Positions 45,334-53,913 of a stretch of 61,132 nt of DNA are shown one piece after another. Each line of letters starts with the position of its first letter. The first letter of the stretch is position 1. A program made the position numbers and the translations under genes. The stretch is from Candidatus Beckwithbacteria bacterium (GTDB taxonomy: Bacteria; Patescibacteriota; Microgenomatia; UBA1400; UBA1449), in NCBI GenBank assembly GCA_012798485.1, contig JAAZND010000102.1, positions 1-61,132 of the forward strand, read 5' to 3'. The notes beneath the pieces were generated by a model, which made no database searches, was not told where the DNA came from, and worked only from the letters and a program-made list of their open reading frames with translations.

Positions 45334-46263
45334 ATGAATCCAGTAGTTTCTGTAATCATGCCGGTTTTCAATGCAGAAAAATATCTTAAAAAAGCTATTG
45401 AAAGCATTCTGTCTCAAACTTTTACTGATTTTGAATTTATTATTATCAATGATGGATCTAGTGATAACAGCGAAAAAATAATCAAATCATATCCAGATAA
45501 AAGAATCAGATATTTCAAAAACAAAAAAAATCAAAATTTAGCTAGATGTTTAAATTTTGCAATTAAAAAAGCTAAAGGCAGATATATTGCCCGTATGGAT
45601 GCTGATGATATTTCCTATAAAAACAGATTTAAAAAACAATATCAATTTCTACAGCAAAATAGTCAAATTAACATCTGTGGGACATTTGCAGATATTATTA
45701 ATGAAAAAGGGCAAATCATTAAAAATTTTAAAAAACCGACTCAGGATAATGAAATTAAACTAAGTTTATTTTTCGGAAATCAACTTATTCATTCTTCTGT
45801 CTTTGTCAGAAAAGAAATTTTTGAGAAATATCAATATAATCCTAATTTAAAAAAGGGTCAAGATTACGAACTTTGGGTACGATTAGCTTTTGCTAAAAAT
45901 ATTTATTTTGCAAATCTTGACGAAAACTTACTTAAATATAGGCTTTATTATACTCAAAAAAGAATTGCTGATTTAAAATATTATGACAAGGTTTATAAAC
46001 TAAATTTTGAAAAATTTATGAATAATTATAATATTTCTTATCAAAAAAATGATTTTAAGGTTTATCTAAATTTCTTAAAAAATCAAGCAAGTATTTTCCA
46101 AATTTTTAATTTGGCTCACTTAAGCAAAAAAATAATCAGTTCAAAAAATTTTACAGAAAAATACAAAAATATTGATACCGTAAAGTTCTTTTCCCAAAAA
46201 CTCGGAAGATATAATTTTTTCTTAGAAAAATTATTATATTTATATTTGAATCAACTAAGATGA
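45334..46263 (+). CDS. GT2 glycosyltransferase
   Basis: VSVIMPVFNAEKYLKKAIESILSQTF, IIINDGSSDNS, RMDADD. Confidence 0.75.
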   Translation: MNPVVSVIMPVFNAEKYLKKAIESILSQTFTDFEFIIINDGSSDNSEKIIKSYPDKRIRYFKNKKNQNLARCLNFAIKKAKGRYIARMDADDISYKNRFKKQYQFLQQNSQINICGTFADIINEKGQIIKNFKKPTQDNEIKLSLFFGNQLIHSSVFVRKEIFEKYQYNPNLKKGQDYELWVRLAFAKNIYFANLDENLLKYRLYYTQKRIADLKYYDKVYKLNFEKFMNNYNISYQKNDFKVYLNFLKNQASIFQIFNLAHLSKKIISSKNFTEKYKNIDTVKFFSQKLGRYNFFLEKLLYLYLNQLR

Positions 46264-46937
46264 TTAAAAAAATAACTATAAATAATTTCAAACATTTTCT
46301 TTTTCCCTTTGAAAAACAATCATATGCGCTGGAAGGCGAGGATCTTCTTCTAGAATATATTTTTACAGGTCAAAATCAAGGTTTTTACATTGATGTTGGA
46401 GCTCATCATCCGAAAAGATTTTCCAATACTTTTTTGTTTTATCAAAAAGGCTGGCATGGTATAAATATCGATGCTACGCCCAAAAGCATGAATCTATTTA
46501 AAAAAATTCGACCTAGAGATATTAACCTAGAAACAGCTATCTCTGATAAAAAAGAAAGGCTTGATTTTTATATTTTTAATGAGCCAGCTCTTAATACTTT
46601 TGACCATAAAAAAGCAGAAGAATATGAGAGAAAAAAAGACTATTTTATTGAAAAAATAATTAAAATGAAAACTCAAACGCTTGAAAAAATTTTAGATGAA
46701 TATTTAAAAAATCAAAAAATAGATTTTCTTACTATCGATGTTGAAGGTTTTGATTTTAAAGTTTTAAAATCTTTAAACCTTAAAAAATATCAACCGAAAA
46801 TAATTCTCATTGAATCATCTGACCAAGATATCGAAAAGGCTCTAAATTCCAGCATTGCCGAATATCTAAAAAAATTTAATTACAGCTTTTATCTCAAAAC
46901 CTTTAACACTTTATTTTTTAAAAATAATTTTTTATGA
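46260..46937 (+). CDS. FkbM-family methyltransferase
   Basis: FYIDVGAHHPKRFSNT, GWHGINIDATP, FLTIDVEGFDFKVLKS. Confidence 0.7.
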   Translation: MIKKITINNFKHFLFPFEKQSYALEGEDLLLEYIFTGQNQGFYIDVGAHHPKRFSNTFLFYQKGWHGINIDATPKSMNLFKKIRPRDINLETAISDKKERLDFYIFNEPALNTFDHKKAEEYERKKDYFIEKIIKMKTQTLEKILDEYLKNQKIDFLTIDVEGFDFKVLKSLNLKKYQPKIILIESSDQDIEKALNSSIAEYLKKFNYSFYLKTFNTLFFKNNFL

Positions 46938-47836
46938 ATCTAGCGCCTATTATTCTTTTTGTCTATAACCGACCACAGCACGCTTTAAAAACACTAGAAA
47001 TGCTACAAAAAAATGATTTAGCTTCTCAAAGCGAGCTTTTTATTTTTGCTGATGGCGCCAAAAATCAAAATGATGATCAGAAAATACGAGAAGTCAGAAA
47101 AATAATTAGAAAAGCAAAAGATTTTAAAAAGATCAAAATCACTGAGCAAAATCAGAATCTTGGTCTAAAAAATTCCATTATTAAAGGTGTCGCAGAAATT
47201 ATCAAAAAATCAAAAAAGGTTATCGTTTTGGAAGATGACATTCTTACTTCTCCTTATTTCTTAAACTATATGAATCAGGCTCTTGAATTTTATGAAAACG
47301 ATAAAAAAATAGCCATGATTGGCGCTTGGTCGCCAAAAAATAAAAATCTTAATCAAGATATTTATCTTACTCAACGAGCTTGCTCATGGGGTTGGGCTAC
47401 ATGGATCGATCGATTTATTCAAATCGACTGGGAAATAAAAAACATTACTAAATTTTTCAAAAATCAAAAGCTACAAAAACAATTCAATCAAAGAGGTTAT
47501 AATCTAACTGATATTCTCAAAAAACAAAGTGAGGGCAAAATCGATACTTGGGATATTTATTGGGATTTCTGGCAATTTAAAAGGCAAGCTTTTTGTCTCA
47601 GACCAAAACATTCGCTAGTAAAAAATATTGGCACTGATGGGACTGGCACACATTACAAAAATAAGACAGAATATCAAATTATTTTTGATAAAAATTTTAA
47701 ACCGAAATTAACTCAATTAAATTTTAACCCTAAATTTGATCAATTATTTCAAAACAGTTTAGATAAGAGAAATTATCTTTACTATCTTGTCAAAATTAAA
47801 AATAAAATTTATGAATATTTTACAAATCAACACTAA
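46934..47836 (+). CDS. GT-A fold glycosyltransferase resembling the GNT-I (GT13) type
   Basis: APIILFVYNRPQH, ELFIFADG, VIVLEDDILTSPYFLNYM and IGAWSP follow the order of GNT-I landmarks. Confidence 0.4.
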   Translation: MNLAPIILFVYNRPQHALKTLEMLQKNDLASQSELFIFADGAKNQNDDQKIREVRKIIRKAKDFKKIKITEQNQNLGLKNSIIKGVAEIIKKSKKVIVLEDDILTSPYFLNYMNQALEFYENDKKIAMIGAWSPKNKNLNQDIYLTQRACSWGWATWIDRFIQIDWEIKNITKFFKNQKLQKQFNQRGYNLTDILKKQSEGKIDTWDIYWDFWQFKRQAFCLRPKHSLVKNIGTDGTGTHYKNKTEYQIIFDKNFKPKLTQLNFNPKFDQLFQNSLDKRNYLYYLVKIKNKIYEYFTNQH

Positions 47837-49058
47837 AGATTTTGGCGGTGGTGCAGCCAAGATTGCCCTCATTCTTCATCAAAACATTAATAAAGAAAAA
47901 AAGTATCGTTCTGTTTTTTTTGTCAAAGAAAAATTTTCTCAAGATCCAAAAATTTTTTATATCAATAAACATTCTGAAATTAGCAAAAAATTATGTAAAA
48001 AAGATTTTGTCAGCTTTTGGGATAATCAAACTAAGCCAATTTTAGCTAATGATTTAGCAAATTTTAATATTAATAATTTGCTCAAAAGTGAAAAATTTCA
48101 AAAAGCTGACCTTATCCATTGTCATAATCTTCATGGGCTTTATTTTAATCTTGACAGTCTCGTCGAAATTTCTAAATTCAAACCAGTTATTTGGACACTT
48201 CATGATATGTGGGCTATTACAGGACATTGTGCTCATTCTTTTGACTGTAATAAATGGCAAAAAGGCTGCCACAATTGTCCTTATTTATCAGTTTATCAAA
48301 AATTATTTTGGGATAATACTAAATATTTGTGGGAAAAAAAGAAACAAATTTATCAAAACAGCAAACTAAGCCTTGTGGTTCCAAGTCTCTGGCTCAAAGA
48401 AAAAATAAACAAAAGTATTTTACAAAAACAAGAAGTCAATCTTATTTATAACGGTGTTGATCATAATATTTTTAAAAAGCTTAATCAAAAAGAACTAAGA
48501 AAAAAAAATGATTTACCTAATGATAAAAAAATTATCTTAAGTTTTAATTATGGGTCAAAAAATTCATGGAAAGGTTTTGAATATATAGAAAAAATTATTG
48601 CGTTGCCAGAAAATAAAAATTGCTTATTTTTACTTATTGGCGGTGAAAAAAAGATCAAGGCTCAAAATATTGTTTATCTTAATACTAGTAATAAACCTGA
48701 AATCTTAAACCAATATTATAATCTTGCTGACTTATTTTTATACACTTCTCTTGCTGACAATTTTCCTTTAGTAATCCCAGAAACTTTGGCTACGGGACTG
48801 CCAGTTGTCAGTTTTTCCACTGGAGGAATCAAGGAAATTATCACACATAAACAAAACGGCTATCTGGCTAAATATCAAAATAGTAAAGATTTGCAAAATG
48901 GGATTAATTACATTTTAAATTTAAATGAGAAAAAATTAAAGAAAATGCAAACAGAAAATATTGCTAAAATTAAACAATTTTTTACGCAGGAGATAATGTG
49001 CAAAAATTATTTCAAACTATATAATGAGGTTTATGAAACTTTCTGTAGTGCTCGGTAG
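47811..49058 (+). CDS. Glycosyltransferase, GT-B fold (GT4-like) with a Cys cluster
   Basis: MNILQINTKDFGGGAAKIA, CAHSFDCNKWQKGCHNCP, LADNFPLVIPETLATGLPVVS. Confidence 0.7.
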   Translation: MNILQINTKDFGGGAAKIALILHQNINKEKKYRSVFFVKEKFSQDPKIFYINKHSEISKKLCKKDFVSFWDNQTKPILANDLANFNINNLLKSEKFQKADLIHCHNLHGLYFNLDSLVEISKFKPVIWTLHDMWAITGHCAHSFDCNKWQKGCHNCPYLSVYQKLFWDNTKYLWEKKKQIYQNSKLSLVVPSLWLKEKINKSILQKQEVNLIYNGVDHNIFKKLNQKELRKKNDLPNDKKIILSFNYGSKNSWKGFEYIEKIIALPENKNCLFLLIGGEKKIKAQNIVYLNTSNKPEILNQYYNLADLFLYTSLADNFPLVIPETLATGLPVVSFSTGGIKEIITHKQNGYLAKYQNSKDLQNGINYILNLNEKKLKKMQTENIAKIKQFFTQEIMCKNYFKLYNEVYETFCSAR

Positions 49059-49941
49059 CTACAATCGCAAAGATTTTCTTAAAGAAACTATTTATTCTAT
49101 CAGAAAAGAACTATTAAACTGCAATTTCAAAAGTGAAATTATTATAGTTGATGGCGGTTCTCAAGATGGAACTCTTAAGTGGCTTATTAAACAAAAAGAT
49201 ATAATTACTGTTGTGCAGCATAACCGAGGAACATGGCAAGGCAAAAAAATTGAAAAAAAAACATGGGGTTATTTTATGAATCTAGGATTTAAAATTGCTC
49301 AGGGAAAATATCTTCTTATGATTAGTGACGATTGTTTAATTGTTCCAAATGCTATTAACAATGGTGTTAAACTTTTTGAAGAAAAATTAAAACAGAAAGA
49401 AAAAATCGGCGGTATTGCTTTTTATTGGCGTAACTGGCCTGAAGACAAATATTATTTTGTCGGCAAAACTCTTGGGGATAAAATGGTTATCAATCATGGT
49501 TTATATTTAACCAAAGCTTTAAAAGAGGTTGATTATCTTGATGAAAAAATTATCAATTTTTATTATGGCGATGGTGATTTAAGTCTTAAAATCTTGAATG
49601 CTGGATATAAAATTATTGACTGTCCCACCTCATTTATTGAACATTGTTATCATTTAAATTTAAAATTGAGAAAAGGCAATGAACAAACCGAAAAAAATGA
49701 TTGGCAAAATTATATAAGTAAATGGAACAAAACTTTTTACAAAAATAAATTTAAAGGCAGTTGGCAAAAAATAGTTTTTGAAGATAGAGCTAAAACTTAT
49801 CGTAATTTTTTCAAAGCTTTTACTATCAAAAATTATTTTATTTATTTTATTTTAATCTTAAGAAAATATCTCAAAAATCATCATTACCCTTTGTACCAAA
49901 AAATGGAAAAATTCAATCCTTACAAAACTTCTTTAAAATAA
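49033..49941 (+). CDS. GT2-like GT-A glycosyltransferase
   Basis: LSVVLGSYNRKDFLKETIYSI, IIVDGGSQDGT, ISDDC. Confidence 0.55.
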   Translation: MKLSVVLGSYNRKDFLKETIYSIRKELLNCNFKSEIIIVDGGSQDGTLKWLIKQKDIITVVQHNRGTWQGKKIEKKTWGYFMNLGFKIAQGKYLLMISDDCLIVPNAINNGVKLFEEKLKQKEKIGGIAFYWRNWPEDKYYFVGKTLGDKMVINHGLYLTKALKEVDYLDEKIINFYYGDGDLSLKILNAGYKIIDCPTSFIEHCYHLNLKLRKGNEQTEKNDWQNYISKWNKTFYKNKFKGSWQKIVFEDRAKTYRNFFKAFTIKNYFIYFILILRKYLKNHHYPLYQKMEKFNPYKTSLK

Positions 49942-50674
49942 TTCTAATCCAATAATAAATCACTTTATAAAAATTTTTTAAATAAGCAGCGTGATTAGCT
50001 AAAATAATTTTGATTAATAAACTGAAGCGCTTTTTATCAGAGTTTTTCAACATAGAAAGACGGCGAATTCTATAGAAAAATAAAGGCTCTTTAACCACCT
50101 CCCATTTATATCCTAAACAAGTCAGTTTAATCCATAGCTGCCAATCTTGATAGCCACTTAATTTTTCATCATATCCTGCTACTTTTTGCCACAGATTTTT
50201 ACGAAAAATTGAAGAGACATGAATTTGATTGCCAGCTAAAAGTCTTGGCAAATTGTAATCATATGGTTTTATTAATTTTTGCTCTTGTCCAAAAGTTTGG
50301 AAAAAACTTGTCACAAAAGCCAAATTAGAATTGTTATTTAAAATTTGATAAGTCTTTTGCAAATAGTCTACAGCTAATTTATCATCACTGTCCAAACAGC
50401 AGATAAATTTTCCAGAGGCTTTTTGAATTGCCTTATTTCTGGCTTTGGCAACGCCTTGATTTTCTTGATCAATAAATTGAATTTTATCTTTATATTTTGT
50501 TTTTAACTCTGATAATTTTTCTAGTGATTTTTTTTCGTTTGAGCCATCATTAACTAGAATAATTTCAAAATTGGCAAAAGTCTGGCTAAAGCAACTTTTG
50601 ATTGCTTCATCAATATATTGACCCAAATTATAATAAGTGATAATAATACTGATTTCTATCTTTTTATTTTTCAT
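49913..50674 (-). CDS. GT2 glycosyltransferase
   Basis: ISIIITYYNLGQYIDEAIKSCFSQTF, ILVNDGS, CLDSDD. Its 3' end overlaps the convergent gene by 29 nt. Confidence 0.75.
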   Translation of the reverse strand: MKNKKIEISIIITYYNLGQYIDEAIKSCFSQTFANFEIILVNDGSNEKKSLEKLSELKTKYKDKIQFIDQENQGVAKARNKAIQKASGKFICCLDSDDKLAVDYLQKTYQILNNNSNLAFVTSFFQTFGQEQKLIKPYDYNLPRLLAGNQIHVSSIFRKNLWQKVAGYDEKLSGYQDWQLWIKLTCLGYKWEVVKEPLFFYRIRRLSMLKNSDKKRFSLLIKIILANHAAYLKNFYKVIYYWIRIILKKFCKD

Positions 50675-51716
50675 TTTGTAAAACTTCTAAATAAATCTGA
50701 TAAGTTTTTTCTGCCATTTTTTCCCATGAATAATTTTTAACATATAAAAAAGCCTTTTCACCAACAAAAGTTGCTTTTTTGAAATTTGTAAAAATCCAGA
50801 CAATTTTTTTTCTTAAATCATTAATTTTATTTGGCTCTACTAAAAAACCAGTTTTATTATTTTCGATCATATCAGGATTAGCTCCAACCTTTGTTGCTAA
50901 AACCGGCAATTTAAAACTCATCGCTTCCAGAATAGTTAAGGGAAAACCTTCAGACAATGATGGCAAAATAAATAAATCTGAATTTTTATATTCTTTTTCT
51001 AAATCAATGCCAATTTTTTTACCAAGGAAATTAATCATTTTATCTATTTTTAAAGTTTTACTTAAAGCCACTAAATTTTCTTTTTCTTGACCTTCACCTA
51101 TAATTCTTAATTCAAAAGCAAAAGGAAAATTATGCAAAGCTTTAAATAAAATCTCTAAACCTTTAATTTTTTCTAAACGTCCAACAAACAAAATAATCTT
51201 TTTATCATGATTAAATTGTTTGACAAAATCTTTTTTATCATTAACTCCATTGGAAATAACATAAATTTTATTATTGACATTTGGATATTGTAAAAAATTA
51301 GCTGCCACAGTAATCTGCGCATCATATTTAATTTGAGTTAAAAAATAATTTTCCAGAAAATAAATCAAGGTTTTTTTTCTTAAATTCATTTTGACTAAAT
51401 CAAGATTATTACAACCATGAATAGTATAAACAACCGGTTTTTTCAAAATTAAACTCAAAATTTTAGCTGGAATTGCTGGAGAGTAAGCATGGGCATGAAT
51501 AAGATCAAAAGGATTTTTTATATGATTATAAATAACTACTGGAATTATCCAAAAATTATAAAGCAAACGAGCAAAAAAAGAAGGAAAAGGCTGAGAAAAA
51601 ATCAAAATTTCGCAACTATAATTTTTCTTTAGATATTTAGTTAGATTTTTTATATGTACAATTCCACCACCAACATATACTCCTCCATACACATCAATAA
51701 GCATTGCAATTCTCAT
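50664..51716 (-). CDS. Glycosyltransferase, GT-B fold (GT4)
   Basis: LSEGFPLTILEAMSFKLPVLATKVG. Confidence 0.8.
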   Translation of the reverse strand: MRIAMLIDVYGGVYVGGGIVHIKNLTKYLKKNYSCEILIFSQPFPSFFARLLYNFWIIPVVIYNHIKNPFDLIHAHAYSPAIPAKILSLILKKPVVYTIHGCNNLDLVKMNLRKKTLIYFLENYFLTQIKYDAQITVAANFLQYPNVNNKIYVISNGVNDKKDFVKQFNHDKKIILFVGRLEKIKGLEILFKALHNFPFAFELRIIGEGQEKENLVALSKTLKIDKMINFLGKKIGIDLEKEYKNSDLFILPSLSEGFPLTILEAMSFKLPVLATKVGANPDMIENNKTGFLVEPNKINDLRKKIVWIFTNFKKATFVGEKAFLYVKNYSWEKMAEKTYQIYLEVLQNEK

Positions 51717-51732
51717 TTTATTTAAAAAATTG

Positions 51733-52884
51733 TTATGACAATTTTTTTACTATTTCTTTATAAACTTCTTCTGTATCTTGAGTTAATTTTTTCCAATCAA
51801 AATATTCAATATTTTTCATTCCATTCGTTTGTAATCTTTTATATTCTTTATCATTATTTAAAATTATTTTTGTTTGGTCTAAAAAATCATCAAAGTCATT
51901 TTTTTTAAAAACTAATCCTGAGTTTAACTGCTTTTGTAAATAAAGAGAGGTCGGAATATCACTGGCAATAAAGGGAGTTTGTAAAGCTGTTGCTTCTAGA
52001 AGAACAATTCCAAAACCCTCAACTAAAGAAGGATGTAAAAGCAATTTTGACTTTGCTATTTCTTCGTATAATTGCATTGATTTTATATTTTTCACGAATT
52101 CAACTTTTTTATTCAATCTTAACTTACCTGTTAAAAATATTAATTTTTTTTCTTCTGGACCTATTCCAATAATTTTCAGTTTTAACTTGGGAAATTTTTC
52201 TCTAATTTGATTAATTAAATTAATAGTCCAATCAACCCTTTTATAATTAATTAAACGCGAAACTACTATTATTTGATCTTCTTTTTTTATGAATTTAGAT
52301 TTATTAATCAGTTGTAAATCTACGCCACATGCAATAATCTTTATTTTATTCTTAGAAACTCTATTTTTTATCAATTTTTCTTTAACATATAAAGAAATGG
52401 TAATAAATTGATCCCAAGATAATTTTAAAAAAATAAACTCTCCTAACTCGCCAAAAAAACCTAAAAACAATCCAAATTGTTCTTGCCAACTACCTTTTAA
52501 AACATCAGGATACCATGCTACTTTAGGAATTCTTTTGAAAAAGCCAACAAAAAATGCAGGCAAAAAACAAATATAATTTGAGCCTTCAACTAAATCAATT
52601 CTTAATTGTAAACCCTTAAAAAAAGCCAAAAACTGAAAAATCAACCGATCTATTATCGAAAAAATGTTTGCTTCTGTCGATTGTATTTCTCTCCCAAGGC
52701 GATAAATTATCAAATTATCTTTTTGTTCAAATTTTAATTCCTCTTTTCTTCTTCGGCAAATCACAAATACTTGATTTTGTGATGATAAATATTTAGCTAT
52801 ATAAAAACATCTTGTTTCTACTCCGCCAGAAAAAATTTGTTTTTCAGGACTGGTGAAGAATTCTGTAATCAGGAGAATTTTCAT
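51733..52884 (-). CDS. Glycosyltransferase, GT-B fold (GT4)
   Basis: LVEGFGIVLLEATALQTPFIASD. Confidence 0.75.
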   Translation of the reverse strand: MKILLITEFFTSPEKQIFSGGVETRCFYIAKYLSSQNQVFVICRRRKEELKFEQKDNLIIYRLGREIQSTEANIFSIIDRLIFQFLAFFKGLQLRIDLVEGSNYICFLPAFFVGFFKRIPKVAWYPDVLKGSWQEQFGLFLGFFGELGEFIFLKLSWDQFITISLYVKEKLIKNRVSKNKIKIIACGVDLQLINKSKFIKKEDQIIVVSRLINYKRVDWTINLINQIREKFPKLKLKIIGIGPEEKKLIFLTGKLRLNKKVEFVKNIKSMQLYEEIAKSKLLLHPSLVEGFGIVLLEATALQTPFIASDIPTSLYLQKQLNSGLVFKKNDFDDFLDQTKIILNNDKEYKRLQTNGMKNIEYFDWKKLTQDTEEVYKEIVKKLS

Positions 52885-52957
52885 AGTTTTATTTTACCCG
52901 AAAATTCATTTTTCTGTTATTATATATTTATCAATCAAATAAAACCCTGTTAAAGCT

Positions 52958-53896
52958 ATGAAAACAGACATCTCTATCATCATTCCAGTCTATAATGAAG
53001 AAGGAAATATCAGTAAACTTTTTCAAAAAATTCAGGCAATTTTTGAAAAAATTGATAAAACATGGGAAATAATCTTTATTAACGATGGCAGTTCTGATAA
53101 AAGTGAAGCAGAAATTCTTAATCTTTCCAAAAATAATCCTCAAATTAAACTTATTTCTTTTGTCCGAAATTTTGGTCAAACAGCTGCTTGGTCTGCTGGT
53201 TTCGATTATGCTCAAGGCAAAATCTTAATTACTATGGATGCAGATTTACAAAATGATCCAGAAGACATCCCTATGATGCTTGAAATTATGGAGAAAGAAA
53301 AAGCTGATATTGTCAATGGCTGGAGGAAAAATCGCCAAGATCCATTTTTAAGATCAATTGTCTCTAAAATGGCTAATAAAATTATCAACTGGATGATGGA
53401 GTCAAACATCAAAGATTCCGGTTGTTCTCTTCGAATTATCAAAAAATCTGCTATTCAAGATTTAAAACTTTATGGTGAGATGCACCGTCTGCTGCCTTTT
53501 TTACTGGCTGGATACGGAGCTAAAACTATTCAAATTCCAGTTAAACATCACCCTCGCATTATTGGTAAATCAAAATATGGTTTTTCTCGTACTTTCAAGG
53601 TTTTGCTTGACATGATTACTATCAAATTTCTCATTTCTTATCAGACCAAACCAATATATATGTTTGGTCAAGTTGGTTTTGGTTTTCTAGTTTTGAGTGT
53701 GTTAACAGCCTTATTGGTCATTGTGAGAAGAATCTTTTTTAATGGAGCTTGGATTTCTCCTTTATTTTTTGTCATGTCCAATTTTTTTACCGTTGGAATT
53801 TTATGTGTGTTAATGGGACTTTTGGCTGAAATTCAAGTACGCTCATGGTTTGAAGGGACTGGTAAAAAACCTTATCTAATCAAAAAAATGTCTTAA
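52958..53896 (+). CDS. GT2 polyprenyl-phosphate glycosyltransferase (DPM1/ArnC/GtrB-like)
   Basis: ISIIIPVYNEEGNI, FINDGSSDKS, MDADLQNDPEDI, plus two C-terminal TM helices. Confidence 0.8.
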   Translation: MKTDISIIIPVYNEEGNISKLFQKIQAIFEKIDKTWEIIFINDGSSDKSEAEILNLSKNNPQIKLISFVRNFGQTAAWSAGFDYAQGKILITMDADLQNDPEDIPMMLEIMEKEKADIVNGWRKNRQDPFLRSIVSKMANKIINWMMESNIKDSGCSLRIIKKSAIQDLKLYGEMHRLLPFLLAGYGAKTIQIPVKHHPRIIGKSKYGFSRTFKVLLDMITIKFLISYQTKPIYMFGQVGFGFLVLSVLTALLVIVRRIFFNGAWISPLFFVMSNFFTVGILCVLMGLLAEIQVRSWFEGTGKKPYLIKKMS

Positions 53897-53913
53897 TTAT
53901 TTTCCAAACTTTT

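Noticed and set aside
2352-53442. Many 60-100-aa ORFs in the track lie inside or antisense to longer ORFs. Examples: 2352-2537, 3525-3767, 5540-5758, 10004-10371, 10912-11115, 11466-11684, 13237-13530, 14192-14383, 15715-15945, 23487-23744, 24880-25119, 27030-27218, 27633-27827, 28354-28702, 31602-31787, 32153-32502, 33560-33850, 34259-34444, 36549-36764, 40236-40448, 41146-41456, 43977-44168, 44674-45308, 45557-45763, 47842-48369, 50779-51090, 51990-52172, 52931-53442.
   Set aside because: Each is fully nested in, or heavily overlaps, a longer ORF with clear domain motifs. Their sequences are low-complexity (I/L/K/F/N-rich), as expected from alternative frames of AT-rich coding DNA. None shows a recognisable motif.
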